A stretch of 64,000 bases of DNA from NCBI GenBank assembly GCA_963712745.1, contig CAVQJC010000010.1, forward strand, positions 96,001 through 160,000, in the 5' to 3' direction. Source of the stretch: an uncultured Chloroflexia bacterium (GTDB taxonomy: Bacteria > Chloroflexota > Limnocylindria > Limnocylindrales > CSP1-4). The position numbers and the translations under genes are program-made. The notes below the pieces were generated by a model. It made no database searches and had not been told where the DNA came from. It saw only the letters and a list, made by a program, of their open reading frames with translations. Positions within the stretch are counted from its first letter, which is position 1. The number at the start of each line of letters is the position of its first letter. This document shows positions 8,681 to 20,970 of the stretch, piece after piece.

Positions 8681-10305
8681 CCGACGACCCCCTGGCCTCT
8701 GCGCCAGTCGTGCTCAACGGCGCCGAGCTGACCGTCCCCGACGTGGAGTCGGTGGCACGCGGTGAGCGGGACGCGGTGCTGGCCGACGATGCCCGAGCGC
8801 GCGTGGCCGAGGCGCGCGCGGTCGTCGAGCGTTTGGTCGCCTCCGGTGAGGTCGTCTACGGGGTGACGACCGGTTTTGGCGCCCTGGCCTCGACGTTCGT
8901 GCCCGCAGCGCGGGCTCGCGAGCTGCAGGAGCGGTTGCTGTCGAGCCACGCTGCCGGAGTCGGTGAACCGCTGCCGACAGAGGTAGTGCGCGCGATGTTG
9001 CTGCTGCGTGCCAACACCCTGGCGCTGGGCCACTCCGGCTGTCGGCCGGAACTCATCGATCGTCTGCTGGAGCTGCTGCGTCTTGGCCTCCACCCGGTCG
9101 TGCCGGCCCAGGGCAGCGTCGGCGCATCGGGAGACCTCGCCCCCCTGGCCCATCTGGCACTGCCGGTCATCGGCCGCGGCCGGGTCGAGGTCGAGGGCCA
9201 GGAGTTGCCGGCGGCAGAGGCCCTCGCCGCAGCCGGCCTCGAACCGCTGTCGCTGGAGCCCAAGGAAGGCCTGGCTCTGCTCAACGGCACCCAGATGATG
9301 AGTGCCATCGGCGCGCTCGTACTGGCCGCTGCCGACCGGCTGGCCCGGACCGCGAGCGTGACCGCTGCCATCTCGGTGGAGGCGCTGCGCGGCACCGAGG
9401 TCGCGTACTCCGCCGCGCTCCAGCACACGCGCCCGCACCCCGGCCAGGTCCAGACGGCGGCCGAGCTGCGTTGGCTGCTGCGCGACTCGACCATCCAGTC
9501 GGCTCATCATGGCCACGACCACCGCGTCCAGGACCCCTACTCGCTGCGCTGCGTCCCGCAAGTCCACGGTGCAGCGCGCGATGCGCTCGACAACCTCCGC
9601 CGGGTGCTCGACATCGAGCTCAACTCGGCCACCGACAACCCACTCGTCTTCCCCGAAGGCGGCAACGTGCCCGAGGACGCTCTCGCCACCGGCCGCGGCC
9701 TGGTCATCAGCGGTGGCAACTTCCACGGCGAGCCCATCGCGCTCGCGCTCGACTACGCCAAACTGGCCATCGCCGAGATCGGCTCGATCAGCGAACGACG
9801 GGTGGCCCTGCTACTGGACCCTCGCCTCAACGATGGGCTGCCGGCGTTCCTGGGCACCTCGGCCGGGCTCGACTCGGGCTTGATGATCCTGCAGTACACC
9901 GCGGCTGCCCTCGCCTCCGAGTCCAAGGTGTTGGCCCATCCGGCCTCGGCCGACTCGATACCCACCTCGGCCAACCAGGAGGACCATGTCTCGATGGGCT
10001 CGATCGCCGCGCGCAATGCACAGGCAGTGCTCGAGCACAGCGAACGCATCGTGGCCATCGAACTCATCTGCGCCTCGCAAGGGCTTGACCTGCGACTCGA
10101 CTTGCAGCCGGATACGGCACCAGGCACCGGCGTGGCGCAGGCGCATGCGCGCGTGAGAGCCGTCATCGAGCGCCTCGAGCGCGACCGCGAACCCGGGCCG
10201 GACCTTGAGGCCGCGTTCCGCCTCGTCCACGACGGTGCGCTCGTCGACCTGGCCACCCCGCCAGCGACCGTGGGCACGTCGTGGCTGGGACCCGACCCTC
10301 GATGA
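8677..10305 (+). CDS. hutH: Histidine ammonia-lyase
   Basis: VYGVTTGFG, SSHAAG (His specificity position), GSVGASGDLAPL (ASG MIO), KEGLALLNGTQ, VQDPYSLRC, GGNFHG, SANQEDHVSMG. Confidence 0.93.
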   Translation: MTDDPLASAPVVLNGAELTVPDVESVARGERDAVLADDARARVAEARAVVERLVASGEVVYGVTTGFGALASTFVPAARARELQERLLSSHAAGVGEPLPTEVVRAMLLLRANTLALGHSGCRPELIDRLLELLRLGLHPVVPAQGSVGASGDLAPLAHLALPVIGRGRVEVEGQELPAAEALAAAGLEPLSLEPKEGLALLNGTQMMSAIGALVLAAADRLARTASVTAAISVEALRGTEVAYSAALQHTRPHPGQVQTAAELRWLLRDSTIQSAHHGHDHRVQDPYSLRCVPQVHGAARDALDNLRRVLDIELNSATDNPLVFPEGGNVPEDALATGRGLVISGGNFHGEPIALALDYAKLAIAEIGSISERRVALLLDPRLNDGLPAFLGTSAGLDSGLMILQYTAAALASESKVLAHPASADSIPTSANQEDHVSMGSIAARNAQAVLEHSERIVAIELICASQGLDLRLDLQPDTAPGTGVAQAHARVRAVIERLERDREPGPDLEAAFRLVHDGALVDLATPPATVGTSWLGPDPR

Positions 10306-10337
10306 CGCGAGGCTCTCGCTCGCTACTCCGGTAGCTG

Positions 10338-11304
10338 TCAGTCCGAGGCCGTGCCGGCGGCACGGCGAGTCAGCACCTCGCGTGCGCGCGCCACGTCGTC
10401 GCCCATCTTCTCGACCAGCTCGTCGACCGAGTCGTAGCGTCGCTGGCCGCGGTATCCACTCGCAGAACTGCACCCGCAGACGCTCTCCGTAGAGGTCCTC
10501 CTCCCGGTCGAGCAGGTGCACTTCCATGAGCCGCACGCGCCCGCCGAAGGTGGGCTGCGTCCCGAGGGAGATGACGGCATCGGCGCGGTCTCGCGGCTCG
10601 AGCACCGACGGGCCGCCCCATGAGGCCCTGGCGGCATAGATCCCATCCGGAGGCAGGGCCACCGGTTGGCTGAAGTCGAGATTGGCGGTGGGGTATCCGA
10701 GTTCACGGCCTCGCTGCTCCCCGTGCACCACCGAGCCCACCAGCGCGAAGGGCCGGCCCAGCAACTCTGCCGCCGTGCTCAGCTGACCCTCGGCCACGAG
10801 CTCGCGCGTGCGCGCACTCGAGACACGTGCGCCACCCGATTCGAGCGTCGGCGCCTCCACCAATTCCCAGCCGCCCACCGCGCCCATCTCGCGAAGGACC
10901 GGCAGCGTCCCACCACGGTCCCGCCCGAAGGCGGAGACCCTGGTCATCACCAGCGCCGCCAGGTTGCGTCCGCCACCAAGCCGCTCTACGAACTCCTGCG
11001 CCGTGGTGCGGCGGAAGACCTCGTCGAAGCGTTGCAGCACGACCAGGCCGCCGATCTGTCGGGTGATGCGTTCGATGCGTTCTCGGCGATCCATGAGCAT
11101 GTCCGGTGCGCGCCCGGCCACGACCGCATCAGGGTGCGGGTCGAAGGTGACCACGACCGGCATCGCGCCCAGCCGGCGCGCTGTCTCCTCGAGCACACGA
11201 AAGACCTGTTGGTGGCCGCGATGCACCCCGTCAAAGACGCCGACCGTGACGGCCAGACGCGTGTCCTTCGGCAGGGCGTCGATGCCGAGGAGGTAGTCGA
11301 CCAT
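10338..11304 (-). CDS. ribF: Bifunctional riboflavin kinase/FAD synthetase; +1 frameshift near 10453 (probable sequencing error)
   Basis: GVFDGVHRGH, VTFDPHP, VSSAR, GRELGYPTAN, EVHLLD. The C-terminal RGQRRYDSVDELVEKMGDD is in the adjacent frame. Follows truB. Confidence 0.92.
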
Positions 11305-11306
11305 GC

Positions 11307-12272
11307 CTAGCCCGCGGCCTCCGGCGAGATGAAGACCTTGTCAGGGTAGAGCCGCCCAGCCTCCACGTGCGCCATGGCCACGAGCACCCCGCGCTCGTCG
11401 AGCACGCGCACGATATCGGCCGCCCCGAGCACGCTCGAAGGGTCCAGGGGGCCGGAGACCGTGCCCCGGACGCGGATGATCTGCCCCCGGGCGATGGCCT
11501 CGCGGTCGCGTTCCGGCACCTGCACCATGGGGATGTGGTCGAGCCCGGCGTCGGGCGAGAGCAACAGCGCTTCGATGTTGCCCGCTGCCAGCTCCTGCTT
11601 GAGCCGGTCGAGCGAATGCGCGGCATCGAGGGTGAAGGGACCGCTGGCGGTCCGCGTGAGGGCGCCCAGGTAGCCACCGCAGCCGAGTTCCCGACCCAGG
11701 TCGCGAGCGAGCGAGCGTACGTACGTGCCGGCACTGCAGCGAACCTCGAGCTCGGCCATCGGCCGATAAGGGTCGGCCGTGTCCCAGTCGGTGAGCGTGA
11801 GCTCGTGGATGGTCACGCTGCGCGCTGTCAGCTCCGGCTTCTCCCCGCCCCGCGCCAGCTCGTAGGCTCGCTTGCCTCCCACGTGGACAGCTGAGTGATC
11901 GGGCGGTATCTGTTCGATCTGGCCTCTGAACCCGGCCAGGGCGGCCTCGACGGCCCCGCGACTCGGAGGCGGCCCGTCCGTCGCTGTCATCTCGCCGTCG
12001 ATATCGTCGGTCGTCGAGCTGGCGCCGAAGACGACCGAGGCGCGGTAGCCCTTGGTGTCCCCGCGGTGGTAGTCGACCATGCGCGTGGCGCGGCCGAGGA
12101 ACACCGGCAGCACGCCCATCGCGAACGGATCGAGCGTGCCGCCGTGACCGACGCGCCGAACCCCCGTCAGGCGACGCACCGTATCGATGACGTCGTGGGA
12201 GGTCGGGCCCGCGGGCTTGGAGACGACGATGATGCCGTCGATGCGGGGTCCGTCGTCGCGCCGCCGCCCCAT
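11307..12272 (-). CDS. truB: tRNA pseudouridine(55) synthase
   Basis: KPAGPTSHD, VGHGGTLDPFAMGVL, CSAGTYVRSLARDLG. Confidence 0.96.
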   Translation of the reverse strand: MGRRRDDGPRIDGIIVVSKPAGPTSHDVIDTVRRLTGVRRVGHGGTLDPFAMGVLPVFLGRATRMVDYHRGDTKGYRASVVFGASSTTDDIDGEMTATDGPPPSRGAVEAALAGFRGQIEQIPPDHSAVHVGGKRAYELARGGEKPELTARSVTIHELTLTDWDTADPYRPMAELEVRCSAGTYVRSLARDLGRELGCGGYLGALTRTASGPFTLDAAHSLDRLKQELAAGNIEALLLSPDAGLDHIPMVQVPERDREAIARGQIIRVRGTVSGPLDPSSVLGAADIVRVLDERGVLVAMAHVEAGRLYPDKVFISPEAAG

Positions 12273-13294
12273 CAGCGAGCCGAGAGCTCGTCGAGCAGCT
12301 GCTGTGCCAGGCCCAGGACTGCGGGCACGGCCTCGTCGATGGGGCCGTCGAAGGTGGCCCCCGCGGCACGCGCGTGTCCGCCGCCGCCGTAGACCCCGGC
12401 CAGCCTGGTGGCATCCACGCCTTCGTCACGCGTTCGGACCGAGAGGCGGACCGAGCCGGCGACATCTTTGAACAGGATCGTGACCTCGGCTGTAGCCGAC
12501 TGGGCAAGCAGGTCGATGAGCCCCTCTGACATCTCCTGGGTCGCGCCCGTGACCTGGTAGTCATCCTCGCTCGCCACCGACCAGGTCAGGCGGCCATCGG
12601 CGGAGGTCTCGAGGCGCGCGAGCACCCGCCCGAACAGCCTCAGCTGGGCGTTGGGCTTGGTGCGATAGATGCGCCGCGCGATCATCGGCAGATCGGCACC
12701 GGCGGCCACCAGCTCGGAGGCCACGCGCAGCGTGCGCGGCGTGGTATTGGAGTGGGCGAAGTTGGCAGTGTCGAAGACCAGCCCGGCGGTCAGGTCCTGG
12801 GCGATGTCGCCGCCAGCCGCGTCGTAGCCGAGCCCGAGATGAGGCATCAGCAGCGAGACCTGCTCGCAGGTAGCCGCTGCCTCGGCATCGACCCAGTCGG
12901 TGGTCCCGAACCCCGGGTTCGAGACGTGATGATCGATGTTGACGATGGGCACTCGCGCGAACAGCCCCGCATCCTGGGTCGCGACCGCTCCCACCCGGGC
13001 AAGGTCACCGCAGTCGCAGACGACGATGAGGTCGGGGTCGAGATCAGGCTCGGGCGCCGTGCGGAAGCGCTCGACCTGGGGCATGAAGTCGTACATCTCT
13101 GGGACCGGGTCCGCGCACACGAAGTTCGTGCGCGCGCCGAGCGACTCGAGGGCAAGGCCGATCGCCAGCGCCGAGCCGAGCGCGTCGGCATCGGGGTTCT
13201 CGTGGCACGTGAGCATCACGCGCTTGGCAGCGAGCAATCGCTCCGGCACCTCTGCGGGCACAGCCTCGAGGTCCGACGCAAGCAGGGAGCGCAT
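12272..13294 (-). CDS. nrnA: DHH/DHHA1 phosphoesterase (NrnA-like oligoribonuclease/pAp phosphatase)
   Basis: HENPDADALGS, NIDHH, DTANF, GGGHARAAG; lies between rbfA and truB. Start uncertain (ATG 13294 or GTG 13309). Confidence 0.88.
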   Translation of the reverse strand: MRSLLASDLEAVPAEVPERLLAAKRVMLTCHENPDADALGSALAIGLALESLGARTNFVCADPVPEMYDFMPQVERFRTAPEPDLDPDLIVVCDCGDLARVGAVATQDAGLFARVPIVNIDHHVSNPGFGTTDWVDAEAAATCEQVSLLMPHLGLGYDAAGGDIAQDLTAGLVFDTANFAHSNTTPRTLRVASELVAAGADLPMIARRIYRTKPNAQLRLFGRVLARLETSADGRLTWSVASEDDYQVTGATQEMSEGLIDLLAQSATAEVTILFKDVAGSVRLSVRTRDEGVDATRLAGVYGGGGHARAAGATFDGPIDEAVPAVLGLAQQLLDELSAR

Positions 13295-13298
13295 GCCT

Positions 13299-13814
13299 TC
13301 AGCGACCACGTCGTTTCCTGGCTTTGCGCAAAGACACCCGGTCAACGCGACGGCGGTAGCCCGGAGGCAGAGGTTCCGCTACGACATCGGGATCGGCCGG
13401 GTCGTTGAGCGATGTCGGCGTGGGCAGCGCGGGCACCTCGGGGGCCGGCTCATCCACGTGACCGCCGCTGCCCTCGAACTCCGCTTCGACCTGCTCGAGT
13501 AGCTGCATCACGCGGGTACCCCGCTGGGCGCTGTCATCCTCGCGCAGGTGCAACTCGGGAATGCGCCTGAGGTGCAGCTTGCCCAGGTTGTGGCGCACGA
13601 AGGGCATGGCCCGGCCGAGCGCTGCCATGGTGGCTTTGCGCTGATCGTCATCCCCGATGACCGAGGCGAACACGGTGGCATGTCGCAGGTCGGGCGTGGT
13701 CTCGACGCTGGTGATGGTCACGAAGCCCACCCGCGGATCATGCACCTCGCGCTGGACGATGGCGCTGATCTCTTCCTGCAGGAGGTGGTCGACGCGCCTG
13801 GTGCGCTCGCTCAC
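13299..13814 (-). CDS. rbfA: Ribosome-binding factor A with C-terminal extension
   Basis: RTRRVDHLLQEEIS, DPRVGFVTIT, TPDLRHATV, LRRIPELH. Confidence 0.95.
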   Translation of the reverse strand: MSERTRRVDHLLQEEISAIVQREVHDPRVGFVTITSVETTPDLRHATVFASVIGDDDQRKATMAALGRAMPFVRHNLGKLHLRRIPELHLREDDSAQRGTRVMQLLEQVEAEFEGSGGHVDEPAPEVPALPTPTSLNDPADPDVVAEPLPPGYRRRVDRVSLRKARKRRGR

Positions 13815-13817
13815 GTG

Positions 13818-15705
<1,888 letters not shown>

Positions 15706-15716
<11 letters not shown>

Positions 15717-16026
15717 GGGTGCCTCCTGTGATCATTGCAGGAGCCCCGTGGTCGGCCGCGGTGGCCAGCGCCGCCACGTCACCGTGCTCCAGTCGTGTCC
15801 TCAGTTCATCGGGTAGAGAGGTTCGCAGCGCCCGCTGCAGCGACGAACGCCGCAGGGCCAGCTCCCAGCAGGAGCCGTCGGCGCATAGGTAGGCGCCGCG
15901 TCCTTCGAGCGACCCGGCAGGGTCGAGCTGCACAGCGCCGCTGGGCCGTCGGACGATGCGAACAAGAGCGGCCTTGTCACGGCGCGTTCGGCAGGCGACA
16001 CAGGTTCGCTCCGGAACGTGTCGCAC
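15706..16026 (-). CDS. ylxR: YlxR/RnpM family RNA-binding protein
   Basis: [22 protein letters not shown]; lies between nusA and infB. Confidence 0.92.
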
Positions 16027-16046
16027 CTCCGCGACCGCTGCCCCCG

Positions 16047-17381
16047 CTACTGCTGCACCTCCGCGGTCTCCGTCTGCGCCGCTGCCGCTTCGTCGGCCCC
16101 GGCAGGCTCCTCGGTCTCGGTGGCCTCACCGGTGTCCTCGGTCTCGGTGGCCCCGGCAGGCTCCTCGGCCGGGCTGGGCTCCGGCGTCTCCGTGGCAGGC
16201 TCCTCGGCCTGAGCCTCGTCGGCCTGGGTCTCGTCAGCTGCGTCAGCCGTGGCCGGGCCGGCCGCAGCTGCCCCCGACTCCTCGATGTCCGGCTCTCCGG
16301 GCTCGGCCACCGCTTCGGGCAAGGCCACGCCACCGCCGTTCTCCGGGGTAGTCCCCGACTCGGAGCGGATGTCGATGCGCCAACCGGTCAGCTTGGCGGC
16401 CAGCCGGGCATTCTGGCCCTCCCGGCCGATAGCCAGCGAGAGCATGCGCTCCGGCACGGTCACCGAGGCGATACGTTCATCCTCGTCGATCTCGACGCCC
16501 ACGACCTGGGCCGGGCTGAGCGCGTTGGCCACGAAGACGTCGGCATCGTCAGACCAGGGGATGACGTCGATCTTCTCGCCGCCCAGCTCGGCGACGACGG
16601 CCTGCACCCGGCCGCCGCGCTGGCCGACCGTGGCCCCGACCGGGTCAAGGCCCTCCTGGCGGCTGGCTACGGCCATCTTGCTGCGGCTGCCGGCCTCGCG
16701 CGCGATGGCGCGGATCTCGACCGTGCCGGCCTGGATCTCCGGCACCTCTAGCTCGAAGAGCCGGCGCAGGAAGTTCTTGTGGGTGCGGCTCACGTAGATG
16801 AGCGGCCCGCGGGTGGTCCGGCGGACCTCCAGCACATAGGCCTTGACGTGCTGGCCGATGCGGTAGTGCTCGGTGGCCGACTGGTCGGTGGTGCGCAGGA
16901 TGGCTTCAGCCTTGCCCAGGTCGAGGATCACCCCCGACGGCTCGACGCGTCCCACCGAACCGGTGATGATCTCGCCCTCGCGGTGGGCGAACTCGTCGAA
17001 GAGGGTCTCACGCTCGGCTTCGCGCAGGCGCTGCCGCACGACCTGCCCGGCGACCTGAGCGCCGACTCGGCCGAAGTGGGTGGGCTCCAGCTGCTCATAC
17101 TCGACGAGGTCGCCGAGAACGGCCTTGGGATCGTGCTCCTGGGCCTCGGCGATGGACCACTCGATGGTCTCATCCTCGACCTCTGAGACGACCAGGCGAG
17201 CGCGGTAGATGCGCATCTCGCCGCTTTCGGCATCGAGGCTGACGTAGACGTCCTCGTAGCCCGGCGCCACCCGGCGGTAGGCGCTCTGGATGGCGTCCTC
17301 GACCGTACGGATGAGCTGCTCGCGAGGGACGCCCTTCTCAGCATTGAGCTGCAGGAGCGCGCCGATGAAGTCCCGGCTCAT
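16047..17381 (-). CDS. nusA: Transcription termination/antitermination factor NusA with acidic tail
   Basis: FGRVGAQ, VSRTH, FELEVPEI, AREAGSRSK, LAIGREGQNARLAAKLTGWRIDI. Confidence 0.97.
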   Translation of the reverse strand: MSRDFIGALLQLNAEKGVPREQLIRTVEDAIQSAYRRVAPGYEDVYVSLDAESGEMRIYRARLVVSEVEDETIEWSIAEAQEHDPKAVLGDLVEYEQLEPTHFGRVGAQVAGQVVRQRLREAERETLFDEFAHREGEIITGSVGRVEPSGVILDLGKAEAILRTTDQSATEHYRIGQHVKAYVLEVRRTTRGPLIYVSRTHKNFLRRLFELEVPEIQAGTVEIRAIAREAGSRSKMAVASRQEGLDPVGATVGQRGGRVQAVVAELGGEKIDVIPWSDDADVFVANALSPAQVVGVEIDEDERIASVTVPERMLSLAIGREGQNARLAAKLTGWRIDIRSESGTTPENGGGVALPEAVAEPGEPDIEESGAAAAGPATADAADETQADEAQAEEPATETPEPSPAEEPAGATETEDTGEATETEEPAGADEAAAAQTETAEVQQ

Positions 17382-17422
17382 TCGTCGCCCTCCTTTCAGT
17401 TGGTTCGCTCAACCGCCGTTCA

Positions 17423-17449
17423 CAACAAAACGTGGGGGTCACCCACGTT
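17423..17449 (-). promoter_or_regulatory. Terminator-like leader hairpin upstream of nusA (rimP-leader-like)
   Basis: Minus strand AACGTGGG-TGACC-CCCACGTT-TTGTTG: an 8-bp stem followed by a U-rich run. Confidence 0.6.
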
Positions 17450-17475
17450 CAAGGCGGCCTGGCGGACAGACCGAG

Positions 17476-17484
17476 AGTATATCA
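17476..17484 (-). promoter_or_regulatory. Putative extended -10 (TGaTATACT) of the nusA-infB operon
   Basis: TGn+TATACT upstream of the leader hairpin. Confidence 0.6.
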
Positions 17485-18183
17485 CCCCATCGTCTGCTTT
17501 CCCTCGGTACCGGTCTCGAAGTCGTAGCCATGCTGTTCCAGTTCTCGAGCATACGCTCGAGCCACGATCTCGCGCGAACGTGACGTGTAGATGGTCCGAT
17601 AGTCGCGGTCGCGTCGCGAGGTCGTGGGATTGCGGTGCGGCAGCGGATGCGGCTCGCTCACCCCGACCCTGCGCAGGGCTTCGTCGAGCCCGAGCTGCAT
17701 GGCCTCGAAACGGATGACGTGGTCGGCTCCGGCGGTCCAGTCGAGAGGAACCATCGGCCGGCGTCCGAGGAGCCGGTAGAAGCGGTTCGGCGTGTAACGC
17801 CGGACGACGAAACGCTCGAAGTCAGGTGCGGAGAAGTCGCCGCTGATGCCGGGCAGGCGTCGGATGAAGCGCTGTGAAGCGGAGACCGTGCCCGCCTCGC
17901 GGTTGCGCGCGTACTCGGTCAGGACCAGGTCGAACGGGTTGCGTACGCCGACCACGACGAGCAGGCCTTCGCGCTCCGCCGGCGTGATAAGCCCGGCCTC
18001 GAGCAGCTGGGCCATTGTCTGGTGCTTCTGGCGCAGGACGATGCGACCGCGCGCATCGCGGACTCGATCCTCGAGCAGCTTGACGCCGCCGAATTCCTCG
18101 CGCAAGAGCGTGCCCAGGGAGGTCGACCCGGTATGCGGGGCCTGAAGGAAAAGCAGGCCGATGTCACGACAGAGGATGGCCAC
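17482..18183 (-). CDS. Sulfotransferase-family (Sulfotransfer_2-like) protein
   Basis: LLFLQAPHTGSTS (5'-PSB-like loop), VGVRNPFD (3'-PB), DHVIRFE, YRTIY...ELEQHGYDF C-terminus. Confidence 0.65.
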   Translation of the reverse strand: MAILCRDIGLLFLQAPHTGSTSLGTLLREEFGGVKLLEDRVRDARGRIVLRQKHQTMAQLLEAGLITPAEREGLLVVVGVRNPFDLVLTEYARNREAGTVSASQRFIRRLPGISGDFSAPDFERFVVRRYTPNRFYRLLGRRPMVPLDWTAGADHVIRFEAMQLGLDEALRRVGVSEPHPLPHRNPTTSRRDRDYRTIYTSRSREIVARAYARELEQHGYDFETGTEGKQTMG

Positions 18184-18210
18184 GACCGATCGCGCTCCGG
18201 CGCCCCTGGG

Positions 18211-19671
18211 TCAGTAGGCGCGGGCGAAGAGCACGCGGCGCTCGCTGGGTTCGCCGTCCACGACGCACGTGCCGGGCTCGTCGGGCGAGTCGAACGGGAT
18301 GACCCGGATGGTTGCGCCATTCTCGTTGGAGACCGCCTTCTCGCACGCGGCCGAGCCGCACCACGGCGCGAGCAGGAAGCCACCGGATGCGTCAAGCACT
18401 TCGGTCATCTCGCCGAGCGTGTCCACCGAATGGGTATTCTCCACCTGGAAGTCCCTGGCCCGCTCGAAGACCTCTGCCTGGTAGGCCGCGAGCCGCCTGG
18501 GCAGCTCGTCTGCCAGAGCAGACAGCGGCACGGAGTCCTTGGCCCGGTCGAGGCGGCGGACGAGCATGGCGGACTCGTTGGCTACGTCGCGCGGTCCGAT
18601 CTCGAGACGGAAGGGCACGCCCCGCAGCTCCCAGTGGTTGTACTTGAAGCCAGGCGTCTCCTCGCGCCAGTCGACCTTCAGGCGCAGCGGGCCTGAGACC
18701 GTCGCTACCTCTGCGAGCGAGGCCTGTAGTCGCTCGATGGCGACCGCCACCGCCACACGGTCATCCTCGCTGCGGAAGATGGGTACGACGACGACCTGGG
18801 TGGGCGCCACGTTGGACGGCAAGACCAGGCCCGAGTCGTCGCCGTGGGCCATGATCGTGGCTCCGACCATGCGCGTGGAGAAGCCCCACGAGGTGCCGTA
18901 GGGATGGACCCGCTCGTTCTTCTGGTCAAGGAAGGTGATGCCGGCTGCCTTGGCGAAGTTCTGGCCGAGCATGTGGCTGGTGCCGGCCTGCAGCGCCTTC
19001 TTGTCACGCATCATGGCCTCGACCGCATGCGTGTAGTCGGCCCCGGGGAACGTCTCGGCCGGGCTCTTGCGACCCTGGATGACCGGGATCGCCAGCCACT
19101 CCTCGGAGACCTTGACATAGCCGGCCAGACCGGTGGCCACTTCCTCGGCCGCCTCCTCCTCCGTGGCGTGGAAGGTGTGAGCCTCCTGCCACAGGAACTC
19201 GGCGGTGCGCAGGAACAGGCGCGTGCGCATCTCCCAGCGCACGACGTTGTTCCAGGAGTTCATCAACAGCGGCAGGTCCCGGTAGGACTGGATCCAGTCT
19301 TTCACGACCTCGGCGATGATGGCTTCGCTGGTGGGCCGGATGGCCAGGGGTTCCTCGAGCTCGTTGCCGCCCGCACGGGTGACCCAGGCGACCTGCGGGT
19401 CAAAGCCCTCGACGTGGTCGGCCTCGCGGTCGAGCAGCGACTTGGGCACGAAGAGCGGGAAATAGACGTTGTCGTGCCCGGTGGCCTTGATGTAGCGGTC
19501 CAGCTCGTCGCGCATCGACTCCCAGATGGCGAAACCGTAGGGACGGATGATCATGCAGCCCCGCACCGGCGAGTAGCTGGCCAGCTGCGCCTTCAGGACG
19601 ACGTCGTTGTACCAGCCGGGGAAATCCACCGACTGAGCGGTCAGCTCACTGACGAAACCGGACTTGGACAC
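18211..19671 (-). CDS. proS: Proline--tRNA ligase (archaeal/eukaryotic type)
   Basis: IRPTSEA, VRWEMRTRLFLRTAEFLWQE, LQAGTSHMLGQNF, SWGFSTR, C-terminal FARAY. Confidence 0.97.
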   Translation of the reverse strand: MSKSGFVSELTAQSVDFPGWYNDVVLKAQLASYSPVRGCMIIRPYGFAIWESMRDELDRYIKATGHDNVYFPLFVPKSLLDREADHVEGFDPQVAWVTRAGGNELEEPLAIRPTSEAIIAEVVKDWIQSYRDLPLLMNSWNNVVRWEMRTRLFLRTAEFLWQEAHTFHATEEEAAEEVATGLAGYVKVSEEWLAIPVIQGRKSPAETFPGADYTHAVEAMMRDKKALQAGTSHMLGQNFAKAAGITFLDQKNERVHPYGTSWGFSTRMVGATIMAHGDDSGLVLPSNVAPTQVVVVPIFRSEDDRVAVAVAIERLQASLAEVATVSGPLRLKVDWREETPGFKYNHWELRGVPFRLEIGPRDVANESAMLVRRLDRAKDSVPLSALADELPRRLAAYQAEVFERARDFQVENTHSVDTLGEMTEVLDASGGFLLAPWCGSAACEKAVSNENGATIRVIPFDSPDEPGTCVVDGEPSERRVLFARAY

Positions 19672-19737
19672 AGGGCCTCCTGGTGGGTCGATGGTGCGGG
19701 CGTTGGAGAATCGTAGCGCAGCGGCCCGGCCGCGGCG

Positions 19738-20970
19738 CTACCCGACCGGCGCGCCGTAGCGGCGATCGACGTAGTCCTCGAGGATGCCGATGAACTCGTC
19801 GACCAGGCCATCACCACGGAGCGTCTCGCGGAGCGCGCCGTCGATGAAGACGGGCGCCTTGGGCTCTTCGAACGTGCCTGGCAGGCTGATGCCGATGTCG
19901 GCGTGCTTCGACTCGCCGGGCCCGTTGACCACGCAGCCCATGACCGCCACCGACATGTCCTCCACACCGGGATAGCGCTCGGACCAGGCGGGCATGCGTT
20001 CGGCGATATGAGCCTCGATCGACTGGGCCATCTCCTGGAAGAACGTGCTCGTGGTTCGGCCGCAGCCCGGACAGGCCGAGACTTGCGGGCGGAACGAGCG
20101 CATTCCCAGCGACTGCAGCACCTGCATCGCGACCCGCACCTCCTCGGTGCGATCGCCTCCGGGCTGGGGCGTGAGCGAGACGCGGATGGTGTCGCCGATG
20201 CCCTCGTCGAGCAGGATGGCCAGGCCGGCCGTCGAGGCCACCGTGCCCTTCATGCCCATGCCCGCCTCCGTCAGACCCAGGTGCAACGGGTAGTCACAGC
20301 GGCGGGCCAGCTCGCGGTAGACGTCAACGAGGTCGCGCACGCCGCTGACCTTGGCGCTGATGATGATGCGATCGTGTGCCAGAGCGGTGGCTTCCGCCAG
20401 CTCGGCCGAGCGCAGGGCCGACTGCAGCATGGCCTCGATCATCACCTCGCGCGCCTCCAGCGGCGCGGCGGTGCGGGCGTTGGCGTCCATCAGCTCCGTC
20501 AACAGGTCGGCGTCGAGCGAGCCCCAGTTGACACCGATGCGGACCGGCCGGTCCTGATCGACCGCGACCCGCACGATGGTGGCGAAGTTCTCGTCGCGAC
20601 GCTTGGAGCCGACGTTGCCGGGGTTGATGCGGTACTTGGCCAGGGCCCCCGCCATCTCGGGGTGCTCGACGAGCAGCTGGTGGCCGTTGTAGTGGAAGTC
20701 GCCGATGAGCGGCACGCCGATGCCGAGATCGTCGAGCTTGCGGCGGATGACCGGCACGGCCTGTGCGGCCGCGTCGTTGTTGACGGTGATGCGCACGAGC
20801 TCGGAGCCTGCGTGCGCCAGGGCCGCCACCTGCAGCGCCGTGGCATCGGCGTCGGCGGTATCGGTATTGGTCATCGACTGCACCACCACCGGCTCGCCGG
20901 AACCGATGCCGACGCCGCCGACATCGACCCGGATCGTCTGACGCCGCTGCGGCCGGGCGTCAGGGCTCAT
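19738..20970 (-). CDS. ispG: HMBPP synthase
   Basis: [47 protein letters not shown]. Confidence 0.97.
   Translation of the reverse strand: MSPDARPQRRQTIRVDVGGVGIGSGEPVVVQSMTNTDTADADATALQVAALAHAGSELVRITVNNDAAAQAVPVIRRKLDDLGIGVPLIGDFHYNGHQLLVEHPEMAGALAKYRINPGNVGSKRRDENFATIVRVAVDQDRPVRIGVNWGSLDADLLTELMDANARTAAPLEAREVMIEAMLQSALRSAELAEATALAHDRIIISAKVSGVRDLVDVYRELARRCDYPLHLGLTEAGMGMKGTVASTAGLAILLDEGIGDTIRVSLTPQPGGDRTEEVRVAMQVLQSLGMRSFRPQVSACPGCGRTTSTFFQEMAQSIEAHIAERMPAWSERYPGVEDMSVAVMGCVVNGPGESKHADIGISLPGTFEEPKAPVFIDGALRETLRGDGLVDEFIGILEDYVDRRYGAPVG

Noticed and set aside
18211-19671. Archaeal/eukaryotic-type ProRS as recent horizontal transfer
   Set aside because: This type is widespread in bacteria, and the gene sits at the normal ispG-proS-nusA position with typical composition.
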